From an uncultured delta proteobacterium (GTDB taxonomy: Bacteria; Desulfobacterota; Binatia; JACPRU01), in NCBI GenBank assembly GCA_963745025.1, contig CAVUWD010000020.1, positions 1-64,000 of the forward strand: a stretch of 64,000 nucleotides of DNA. Direction: 5' to 3'. Below, in pieces: positions 1 through 9,500 of the stretch; within the stretch, counting starts at the first letter, position 1, and every line of letters begins with the position of its first letter. The notes beneath the pieces were generated by a model. It was not told the DNA's origin and made no database searches. It saw only the letters and a list, made by a program, of their open reading frames with translations. A program made the position numbers and the translations under genes.

Positions 1-151
1 TTCGCGCCCGTGGGTTAGCATGGTTCCGGGGGGCTTGCGGTTGTTTCATTGGTGAAGCCCTCCCTCGCACGGAGGGTTATCCCGTTTAGGAGATTTCTCA
101 CCTTCGACCCACCCGGCCCGAGCACATCCCAACTCCAAGGAGGTGTACTCG

Positions 152-256
152 ATGAAGGAGTCTATCAAACCCGGCGCAGGCCGAAAGAGAAAGAGCGTCG
201 CGCGAGGAACGGGGTTGCCCGCGAGCCTCAAGGCTGTGCACCTCAACGCCGCCGGC
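152..256 (+). pseudogene. 5' stump of a probable IS110-family transposase, truncated by the IS3 element
   Basis: Perfect SD AAGGAGGT (137-144) and ATG 152. Reads MKESIKPGAGRKRKSVARGTGLPASLKAVHLNAAG and breaks exactly at the IS3 end. 'xNAAG(ID)' is the usual lead-in to the first catalytic Asp of IS110 DEDD enzymes. Short, so tentative. Confidence 0.5.
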
Positions 257-328
257 CCCTCTCTGCCAATGACGGTGAGACAGTCGGGGTGGCATAATTT
301 ACTGTAGAGGGCGGGGGGTCGAATATGG

Positions 329-814
329 ATGAAGGTGGTTGAGAAGAAGGCGAGGGATGAGATGATCGAGGAGGCCGGGGAAACGGAAGGAGCCCGTAGG
401 GCGACTGGAGTGTTCCCGGCCGGCGCGCCGCCGGCGGGGGCCACCCCCGACGCGGAGGTGGTGGCCAAGGCGGAGCGGCGGCGGTTCACGGCGGAGTACA
501 AGCGGCGGATCGTGCGCGAGGCGGATCGCTGCACGAAGTCCGGTGAGATCGGGGCACTGCTTCGGCGCGAGGGGCTGTACTCCTCGCATCTGGTGACCTG
601 GCGCGCCGCCCGTGACCGGGGCGAGCTCGAGGGGCTGTCGGCGAAGAAGCGTGGACCGAAGGTGGCACCGCCCGATCCGCAGCAGAAGAAAATCGCCGAG
701 CAGGAGCGCGAGATCGCGCGATTGACCAAGCGCGCTGAGCGAGCGGAGGGGCTGGTGGAGCTCCAAAAAAAACTCGCAACTCTTCTGGGGACCCCACTCG
801 AGAGCGAGAAGTGA
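329..814 (+). CDS. IS3-family transposase OrfA (HTH + coiled coil)
   Basis: RRRFTAEYKRRIVREAD...GALLRREGLYSSHL motif. A8 slippery run at 765-772 whose -1 frame is open into OrfB. Confidence 0.9.
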   Translation: MKVVEKKARDEMIEEAGETEGARRATGVFPAGAPPAGATPDAEVVAKAERRRFTAEYKRRIVREADRCTKSGEIGALLRREGLYSSHLVTWRAARDRGELEGLSAKKRGPKVAPPDPQQKKIAEQEREIARLTKRAERAEGLVELQKKLATLLGTPLESEK

Positions 815-1214
815 CCATCGAGACGGTGCGCGAGGCAGGAGCGACGCTCGGGATTGCGCCGGCGTGCGCGGCGCTCGGCCTGCCGACGGCGACCTACTAC
901 CGGCGGATCGGGCCGAAGCCACCGCTCGAACTTCGTCCGAGTCCGCCTCGTAAGCTCGCCGCCCCCGAGCGCGCGGCCGTGCTCGAGGTCCTGCACGAGA
1001 CGCGCTTCGTCGATCTGGCTCCGCCCCAGGTCTTCGCCCAGCTTCTGGACGAGGAGCGCTTTCTCTGCTCGGAGCGGACGATGTACCGGATCCTGGAGGA
1101 GAATCACGAGGTGCGGGAGCGCCGCGATCAGCTGCGCCACCCGCAGTACCCGGCTCCCGAGCTCCTGGCCACCGCACCGAACCAGGTCTGGAGCTGGGAC
1201 ATCACGAAACTGCT
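811..1214 (+). pseudogene. IS3 OrfB transposase, N-terminal part up to WSWDITKL
   Basis: CSERTMYRIL...PELLATAPNQVWSWDITKL. Homology stops abruptly at 1214. Confidence 0.9.
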
Positions 1215-1714
1215 CGAAACCGTCACATACTGCGCAGTTTCAGCGGTCGGTAACGATTCACTATCGTTGGCACCCCCTGTTCGGCGAGATGCTCGCGGTC
1301 AAGCGACCGAGTTCATCTGCTGACGGCGGTCGAGCGTTCATCTGCCTTCTTCCGGACGGGACGTGGGGAGCTATCCCCGAGTGGGTGACTTCGCGGGAGC
1401 GCTGTAGCCGCCTCAGGTTGGTGGACACTCCCGAGGTCTCCCTCGGCGCCCTTCTCGAGCTCCGGGCGTGCCTTGCAGAATTGCCGTCGCAGAGCGCTCC
1501 CGCAAAGATCCGAGTCGACAGCGCTTGTGGCGGAAAGGAGACTCGGAGGAATGGCGAGGACAAAGGCAGAGGGTCAATTGGACCTGAGGTGGACCGAGGA
1601 GATGCAGTGGGAGGACGTGCCGTCGCCGATTCGGGAGCGAATCCGAGATCAGCTCGGCGAGCTGTTGCGAGGCGCCGCAGTACGCAGCGGGCGCACCGAG
1701 GAGGTGGGCGATGA
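1215..1714 (+). CDS. Start-less accessory ORF (DUF5372/Y4bD-like, 'HYRWHPLFG'); its start is supplied by the element right end on circularisation
   Basis: Open frame SKPSHTAQFQRSVTIHYRWHPLFGEMLAV...LPDGTWGAIPEW runs from the junction with no ATG/SD before the conserved motif. Stop overlaps the recombinase ATG (ATGA 1711-1714). Confidence 0.6.
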
Positions 1715-1721
1715 CCAGTAG
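1551..1721 (+). CDS. Small 56-aa accessory protein preceding the recombinase
   Basis: Purine-rich SD-like sequence before ATG 1551. MARTKAEGQLDLRWTEEMQWEDVPSPIRERIRDQLGELL; overlaps the recombinase start. Confidence 0.55.
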   Translation: MARTKAEGQLDLRWTEEMQWEDVPSPIRERIRDQLGELLRGAAVRSGRTEEVGDDQ

Positions 1722-3812
1722 AGAAAAGATTCGTCCGCAGCATCTCGCCCGATCGGCACTCGTCTACATCCGTCAATCCACGCTTGGTCAGGTACGGCAT
1801 AACCACGAGAGCCAGCGTCGCCAATACGAGCTCGCTGAGAAGGCTCGAGAGCTCGGCTGGAGCGAGGTGGTCGTCATCGATGACGATCTCGGTAAGTCGG
1901 GAGCCAGTAGCGCCGGCCGGGTCGGTTTTCAGCGACTGGTTGCTACGGTAAGCCTTGGGCAAGCCGGCGCGGTGTTTAGCCTGGAGGTCTCGCGCCTCGC
2001 CCGCAATAACCGGGACTGGTACCAGCTCTTGGACCTTTGCGGGCTGGTGGACACCCTGATCATTGATGCCGAAGGCATCTACGATCTGCGCCAGCTCAAC
2101 GATCGACTTCTGCTGGGACTCAAGGGGACCATCAGTGAAGCGGAGCTCGGCTGGATCCGCCAACGCGCCTACGAGGGGCTTCTCGCCAAGGCGCGGCGAG
2201 GGGAGCTGATCCTGCGCGTCCCGGTGGGCTACGTGCGCGCTCGAGACGGACGCATCGAGAAACATCCTGACCAGCGAGTGCAAGAGGCCATTGGTTCGGT
2301 CTTTCGGAAATTCACCGAACAGGGGAGCGTTCGCCAGACTCTTCTCTGGTTTCGACAAGAGCAGATCCGCCTCCCGGCCCTCGAGCAGGACCATGCGTGG
2401 GGAGATCGGATCGTGTGGCGCTTGCCGCTGTACCATACGCTCCTGCGCATGCTGCAAAATCCCATCTATGCGGGCGCCTACGCTTTCGGCAGGACGACGA
2501 CGCGGACGCGGGTATCGACGGAGCGGCGCGCAAGACCGGAGGGCACCGCAGTGAGTCGAGTGAGTGGATCGCCTTGCTGCGCGACCACCACGAGAGCTAT
2601 ATCGGCTGGGAAACTTACGAGCGAAATCGGGAGCTGATCGCTCACAACGCACAGAGCTGGGGGCCGATGGGGATCCGAGGAGCGGCGCGGCAAGGCCCAA
2701 GTCTACTGGCGGGTCTACTGCGGTGTGGTCGCTGTGGGAGGCGGCTGTACGTTCGCTACGCGGGAGGCACCAAGATGGCGTGCCGCTACAGCTGCCGCGG
2801 TGGCGTGATGAATCACGGTGTCCAAGGCGGCTGCATCTCGTTTGGGGGACTTCGCGTCGATGAAGCTATGGAGCGAGAGGTCCTGCGGGTGCTCATGCCG
2901 GCAGCGATCGAGGCGGCGCTTGAGAGCGCCGAGAAGGCGGGAAACGACATCGAGACGGCTCGCAGCGCTCTGGAGTTGGAGCTCCGCGAGGCGCGCTACG
3001 AGGCAGCGCGAGCCGGACGGCAATACGACGCCGTCGAGCCCGAAAATCGCTTGGTGGCTGATACTCTGGAGCAGCGCTGGAACGCTGCGCTGCAGAGAGT
3101 AGGAGCCCTGGAGAGCCGACTCGAGGATCTCAGGCGCTCCCAGCCCCAGCACGTCCCCCCGGATCGAGCCACTCTTCTTGAGCTGGCTCAGGACTTCCCT
3201 GCAGTTTGGAATGACCCCGCGACGGATCACCGGACCAAGAAGCGGCTGATCCGTCTCCTCGTGGAAGAGATCGTCGCTGGACTTCCAACCGAAGACACAG
3301 TCGAGCTGGTGATTCACTGGAAAGGTGGCAAGCACACGATTCTCCGCGTACCGAAGAACCGACCAGGACAGCACCGCTACACCACGAGTCGCGAGGTCGT
3401 GGACGTGGTCAGAGACCTCGCCCGCTGTCTCCCGGATGGTCAGATTGCCCGCGTGCTAAATCGTCTCGGGTATCAAACCGGCGCCGGCAACACGTGGACA
3501 CAGGATCGGGTCGTGGGTCTGCGCAGCTATCACCAAATTCCGATCTTCGATCCCGAAGTCGAACGAGGGACCACACTCACCATTGCTCAGGCTGCCAGCG
3601 AGTTGGGCGTGAGCGAGATGACCGTGCGACGAATGATTGTCAGGGGTCTCCTGCCCGCGAAGCAGCCTGTTCCCTATGCACCGTGGTCCATTCAGCGCGA
3701 AGCCCTCAATGCCGGCGCCGTGCAGCAGGCCATCAAGGCGGTGAAGCGAGGCCGTCCCGTTCCGCAAACAGCTCCGACAGGACAGCTCAATCTAATGAAT
3801 TCAGGCACATAG
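1711..3812 (+). CDS. Large serine recombinase (~700 aa; resolvase, recombinase, Zn-ribbon, coiled coil, C-terminal HTH) with one frameshift near 2512
   Basis: YIRQST catalytic motif, DDDLGKSG, SRLARN, NPIYAG, LLAGLLRCGRCG. Two overlapping ORFs join with a single missing base (RTRV/IDGAARK). Confidence 0.9.
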
Positions 3813-3842
3813 CGAGGTGGGGCATTATGTCGCGAGAGCGCT

Positions 3843-4617
3843 TGGGCCGGCGAAGTGGACCTACTTCTACCTCTACGTGATCCTGGACATCTTCAGCCGC
3901 TATGTCGTGGGCTGGATGGTTGCCCACCAGGAGAGCGCGGCGCTGGCGAAGAAACTGATCGAGCAGAGCTGCACCCGGCAGGGAATCGTTGCGGGCCAGC
4001 TCACGCTGCATGCCGACCGCGGGTCCTCGATGAAGTCGAAGCCCGTGGCACTGCTGCTCTCGGACCTCGGGGTGACCAAGACCCACTCGCGGCCCTACGT
4101 CTCGAACGACAACCCCTTCTCCGAGGCGCAGTTCAAAACCATGAAGTACCGTCCCGAGTTTCCCGAGCGCTTCGGATCGATCCAGGACTCGCGCAGCTTC
4201 GGCCACGTCTTTTTCCCTTGGTACAACACCGAGCATCGTCACTCGGGGCTCGGGATGCTCACGCCCCACGAGGTCCACTACGGGCTTGCTGAGAAGCGGG
4301 TCGAGGCGCGGGCCCGAGTGCTCGCGGCTGCCTACGCCGCCCATCCCGAGCGCTTCGTCGCAGGGCTTCCGCAACCGCCGGCACTGCCGACCGAGGTCTG
4401 GATCAACAAGCCCACGGCGCCGCTCGCCGAGCCCAAGTACGTTTCGGATCCCGAGGTCGTGACGACCTTCGCGCTCAGAGCCCCGAACAGCCCCGCAGCG
4501 GACTCGACCCAGACCCAGGTATCCCCCCGAATCGGCACCGGTGAGCCATTCGCATCGATCGACAGCGGACTCCACAGAGCGGCCGTGGTGCCGCTCAACA
4601 CGGAGGATCTACACTAA
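3843..4617 (+). pseudogene. IS3 OrfB transposase, C-terminal DDE part
   Basis: LGPAKWTYFYLYVILDIFSRYVVGW...HADRGSSM...SNDNPFSEAQFKT. Confidence 0.9.
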
Positions 4618-4657
4618 ACTCGGAAACCGACTGTCTCATTGTCATTGACAGGCTCCG

Positions 4658-5056
4658 CCGTACCATCTTGCCGTACTGGCCGCGGCATACGGCCAAGCAG
4701 GGCGCACAGACGATGCCCTCGCCCTCGTGGCCGAAGCCCTGGCTCTGGTGGAAAGCCGCGACGAACGCTGGTGTGAAGCGGAGATACACCGCGTGAAGGG
4801 GGAGCTACTGTTCGGGTCCGGGGGTTCTTCCGAAGCCGAGACGTGCTTTCGCCGCGCCACAGAAATCGCGCGCCGCCAGAGCGCGAAGTCTCTCGAGCTC
4901 CGCGCGGTGACGAGCCTGAGTCGTCTACTCAAGAAGCAAGGCAAGGAAGAAGAAGCGCGACGGATCCTCGCCGAGATCTACGGCTGGTTCACCGAGGGAT
5001 TCGACACGGCGGATCTGAAGGACGCGAAGGCGCTCCTCGAAGAGCTGTCAACCTGA
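4658..5056 (+). pseudogene. C-terminal TPR fragment of a cyclase-AAA-TPR protein
   Basis: In frame from the IS end: PYHLAVLAAAYGQAG...EAEIHRVKGELL...SLELRAVTSLSRL...YGWFTEGFDTADL. Confidence 0.8.
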
Positions 5057-5066
5057 CGGACGAAGC

Positions 5067-5604
5067 ATGCACTGCCAGGCCTGCGGAAACGAGAATCGCG
5101 AAGGTGCGAAGTTCTGCCGCGGGTGTGGCGCTTCGTTTTCATCTTCATGCCCGAAGTGTGGCGCGAACCTCTCACCGGAGGATCGCTTCTGCGACTCGTG
5201 CGGCCACCGCCTCGGACAGCAGACCGTTGCTGCTATCGAGCCTCCCGATCCTCGCACCTACACCCCGAAACACCTCGCCGAGAAGATCCTCACCTCTCGA
5301 AGCGCTCTCGAAGGCGAACGGAAGCAGGTGACGGTGTTGTTCGCCGACGTGAAGGGCTCGGTGGATCTGGCCGAGCAGCTCGACCCGGAGGAGTGGCACC
5401 GCATCATGGATCGTTTCTTCCAGATCCTGGCCGAAGGCGTGCACCGCTACGAGGGGACCGTCAATCAATGCACGGGCGACGGGATCATGGCGCTGTTGGG
5501 AGCTCCGACGCACGAGGATCACGCGAGGCGCACGTGTTACACAGCCTTGCGCCTGAAGAGGGAGCTGCGGCGCCACACGGAAGGTCTGCAGCGGACGCGG
5601 CGGA
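5067..5604 (+). pseudogene. N-terminal fragment of double zinc-ribbon class III nucleotide cyclase
   Basis: CxxC repeats, GERKQVTVLFADVKGS; paralogue of 6553-9912, truncated mid-cyclase domain. Confidence 0.85.
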
Positions 5605-6420
5605 TTAGCCCTTCAGCAGGGCCGAGATCTCGCGTCCCGTCACGCCGCCCAGCATGACGTCGAACCGCCCTTCCTCGGCGATCTGGCGCGCCGCCGCCAC
5701 CAGCCCGCCGTACGCCGCCTTCGCCAGCGACCCACCGACGCTGATGCGTCGCACGCCCAGGTCGGCGTACTGGGCCACCGTCAGTGGTGCGAAGCCGGCC
5801 AGCACGTTCAGCGGTTTGGGCGCGATCACCTTCACGGCTGCGGCGATGTCCTCGGCGGTCTTCAGGCCAGGCGCGTAGAGGCAGTCGGCGCCCGCCTCGG
5901 CGATCGCGACGAGTCGGTCCAGCGCCTGCTTCACATCCATGTGCCCGAACAGCACACCTTCGGCCCGCCCGACCAGCACGGCGCCGGTCCCATCCGCGTC
6001 GATCGCGGCGCGCGCGGCCTTGATCCGCTCGACCGCTTGGACGGTCTCATAGAGCGGCTTGCCGGGCCGGCGGGTGGTATCCTCGATGGAAAGCCCTGCC
6101 ACGCCGGCGGCGAGGGCCTTCCTCACGTTCGCGGCGACGCCTTCCGGCTCGTCGGCAAAGCCGTTCTCGAAGTCGGCGTTGAGCGGCAGGTCCGTCGCGG
6201 CGCTGAGTTTGCTCAGGTGCGACACCACCTCGTCCAGCGAGACGTCGTAGTCAGTGAGTCCCATCGACCAGGCCATGCCGGAACTGGTGGAGGCCAGCGC
6301 CTTGAATCCCAGGCCCTGCAGCAGCCGTGCGCTGCCCACGTCCCAGGGGTTCGGGATCACGAAACAGCCGTCCTCATGCAGCTTGCGGAACTGGGCGCGT
6401 TTGTCGGCGGCGGACGGCAT
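5605..6420 (-). CDS. Isocitrate lyase/PEP mutase family protein
   Basis: PNPWDVGSAR, ALASTSSG, NADFENG, SIED, LGVRRISVG. Confidence 0.9.
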   Translation of the reverse strand: MPSAADKRAQFRKLHEDGCFVIPNPWDVGSARLLQGLGFKALASTSSGMAWSMGLTDYDVSLDEVVSHLSKLSAATDLPLNADFENGFADEPEGVAANVRKALAAGVAGLSIEDTTRRPGKPLYETVQAVERIKAARAAIDADGTGAVLVGRAEGVLFGHMDVKQALDRLVAIAEAGADCLYAPGLKTAEDIAAAVKVIAPKPLNVLAGFAPLTVAQYADLGVRRISVGGSLAKAAYGGLVAAARQIAEEGRFDVMLGGVTGREISALLKG

Positions 6421-6552
6421 CGACCTCTCGCGGATGAAGCTTAACAATTAGATGGGGAGCCAGGAAGCGCGGGCGAAACGAATCGGGGCCGAACGCGGTT
6501 GAAACCTCGTAGCAAGCGGGCCTAGGGTGGCGATGGTCCCGAGGGCCCAGCC

Positions 6553-9500
6553 ATGCGGTGTTCGGCCTGCGGCTACGAAAGCCCGAGCGGCAAGAAGTTC
6601 TGCGGCGAATGCGGCGCAGCGCTGAAGCTCAAGTGCTCGAGCTGCGGCGGCGAGAACACTCCAGGGACCAAGTTCTGCGGCGATTGCGGGAATCCGCTCG
6701 CCGAGGCTGCAAAACAACCGCCCCCGCGTGAGCCGCGCAGCTACACCCCCAAGCATCTGGCCGAGAAAATCCTCACCTCGCGCAGCGCCCTCGAAGGCGA
6801 GCGCAAGCAGGTCACGGTGCTCTTCGCCGACGTGAAGGGGTCAATGGAGCTGGCCGAGCAGCTCGACCCCGAAGAGTGGCACCGCATACTCGAACGCTTC
6901 TTCGCCATCTTGACCGAGGGCGTGCACCGCTTCGAGGGCACTGTGAATCAGTACACCGGCGACGGCATCATGGCGCTGTTCGGAGCGCCGATCGCGCACG
7001 AGGATCATGCCCAGCGCGCGTGCTACGCAGCGCTGTCGCTGCGCGACGCCGTGCGCGAATATGCCAACGAGGTGCGCGCGCAGCACGGCATTCCGTTCGG
7101 TGTGCGCATCGGACTCAACTCCGGCGAAGTCGTGGTCGGCCGGATCGGTGACGATCTGCGTATGGATTACACGGCGCAGGGCCACACGGTCGGCCTGGCG
7201 CAGCGGATGGAGGCGCTCGCCGAGTCCGGGCACATCTGCCTTTCCGAGCACACGGCGCGGCTCGTTGAAGGTTACTTCCAGCTGCAGGACCTGGGACGCA
7301 CCAAGGTCAAGGGAGTGGGCGAACCAGTCCGGCTCTTCGACCTCGCGGGGGTTGGCCGGATACGGACCCGCCTCGACGTCTCGCACGCCCGCGGCTTCTC
7401 CAAATTCGTTGGCCGCAGTGATGAGATGACCGCTCTCAAGGCAGCGCTCGAGCGGGCAATCGCGGGCAATGCGCAGGTCGTCGGCATAGTCGCGGATGCG
7501 GGAACCGGCAAGAGCCGCCTGTGCTACGAGTTCGCCGAGCGATGCCGCGCGCGGGAGATCAAGGTCTACGAGGGACAGGGCGTGGCCCATGGGAAGGCGG
7601 TGCCGTGGTTCCCGATTCTCGCGTCCGTTCGTGGCTACTTCGGGATCACGGAGCAGGACGCACCAGAGGCCGCTCGCGACAAGATCGCCGGGCGCATGCT
7701 GCGCCTCGACGAGAATCTCGGCGAAGGGCTGGCGGTGATGTTCGACTTCCTCGGAGTGCCCGATCCCGACAAGCCCGTGCCACCCATGGGGCCGGAGGCG
7801 CGGGAGCATCAGCTCTTCGAGGTCATCCGCCGACTCACGCGCGCTCGGAGCGCCCGCGAGCCGGCCGTCTTCCTCTTCGAGGATCTGCACTGGTTCGACC
7901 GGGCGAGCGAGGCATTCCTCGAGAACATGGTCGAGGCCGCACCCGGAAACCGTAGTCTGCTGCTGCTCAACTTCCGCCCCGAGTACCACGCCGCGTGGAT
8001 GCAGCGGTCATATTACCAGCAACTTCCGCTCCTGCCGCTCGGCCCCGACGCGATCGCGGAGCTCTTCGCCGATCTCCTCGGCACCGATTCGTCGCTTCGG
8101 CACCTGACCGATCTCATCCAAGAGCGCACGGGTGGCAACCCCTTTTTCATCGAGGAGATCGTCCAGTCGCTGGTCGAAACGGGTGCCCTGGTGGGAACCA
8201 GGAGTGCATACCGCCTGGGCAAGCCCGCAGAAGAGATCGGCGTGCCCGCGACCGTGCAGAGCGTCCTCGCGGCGCGGATCGACCGGCTGCCGGAGCGGGA
8301 GAAGCGGGTGCTCCAGACCGCCTCGGTGATCGGCAAGAAGTTCTCCGAGCCGATTCTCCGCCGCGTGTCTGAACTCGGCGACGGAGACCTGGTCGCCGCG
8401 CTTGATGCGCTTACAGGCGCCGAGTTCCTTTACCAGGAGGCGCTCTATCCGGAGGCTGAGTATGTCTTCAAGCACCCGCTGACCCAGGAAGTCGCTTACG
8501 GCTCGCAGCTCACCGAGCGAAGAGCTCGCATCCATGCCGCGGTCGCGCGCGCGATCGAGGAAGTCGATTCGGGGAAACTCGGCGAGAGCGCGGCGGTCCT
8601 CGCCTATCACTGGGAGCACGCTGGCGACGCTCGGGAAGCAGCCAAGTGGCATCGCCGGGCGGCTGAGTGGGTGGGAGCCAACAATTCTGTCGAAGCGCTC
8701 CGGCACTGGGGGAGTGTGCGGCAGCTCCTCGACACGCTCGTGGAGACGCCGGAGAACCTCGCCGAGAGAGCGGCCGTGCGCGCCCGGATGATGAATCACC
8801 TCGCTCGCATGGGCGATCCGGAGGACCAGGCAACCTCGCTGTTCCGAGAAGGGCAGGAGCTCGCGAGACGGAGCGGCGACCCTCATGTCCTCAGCCAAGT
8901 TCTGAGCAGCTTCGGCTTTCTCCAGTCCAATTCCGGGGCTCTCGAAGAAGGACTGGGCCCGCTCCTCGAGTCGATTCGGCGCGCCGACGAGACCGAGGAC
9001 ATCGGCCTGAGAGTGGCCGTTCGGTACGGCCTCTGCGTCGCCTATTTTCTTGCTGGCCGGCTCCGCGAGTGCCTTGCCGTGGCAGAGAAAGGTCTTCGGC
9101 TTGCTAAGGGAGAGTTCGGCCTCGGCGCCGATCGAATCGGGTTTAGCCCGAGCCTCGGACTCTCGTGGTGGCGCGGCGTTGTCATGAGCCTGACAGGGAA
9201 TCCTCGCGATGGCGGGGCTGAGCTCGACCGGGTGATCGAGCTCGCGCGCACCTCTCAGCAGCTGCACCCGCTCGGGTTTTCGCACGCCTGGCACGTCCTT
9301 CACTGTGAGGTCACGGGCGAGGCAGCATCGGCGCTGGTGCACGGCCGGGAGGCGTTGGACTGCGCCGAGCAGATGGGCAGCCAGATCGGGCGAACCACCG
9401 CCTACCTCAACCTCGGGCTCGCGAACGCCTTGAGCGGCGCATGGAACGATGCGCTCGAAGTTCTGAACGAGGCGCAGGCGATCGGAAGGGAACGTCGGCT

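Larger units (their letters stand above)
1215..3842 (+). mobile_element. Large serine recombinase integrative element (2,628 bp) inserted in IS3 orfB
   Basis: (G)CT core at both junctions (1212-1214, 3840-3842). Removal restores ITKL-L-GPAKWTYF in frame. Imperfect inverted arms CGAAACCGTCACATACTGC / GCATTATGTCGCGAGAGCG. Confidence 0.9.
257..4657 (+). mobile_element. IS3-family insertion sequence, interrupted by a serine-recombinase element
   Basis: Inverted repeats TGCCAATGACGGTGAGACAGTCGG (264-287) and CCGACTGTCTCATTGTCATTGACA (4627-4650), 21/24 match, TG...CA. orfA/orfB present. Flanking genes break 7 bp outside each IR. Confidence 0.9.

Noticed and set aside
854-1214. 5' part of the 286-aa ORF 854-1714 as a real gene start
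   Set aside because: It is an off-frame shadow of IS3 orfB that crosses the insertion junction; only the part after 1215 looks protein-like.
3817-3842. GTG 3817 as native start of a stand-alone integrase-core gene
   Set aside because: It lies inside the inserted element; the downstream sequence is the severed half of OrfB and lacks the first catalytic Asp.
250-4665. Target-site duplication around the IS3 element
   Set aside because: No convincing 3-5 bp direct repeat at either candidate boundary; the flanks come from different genes.
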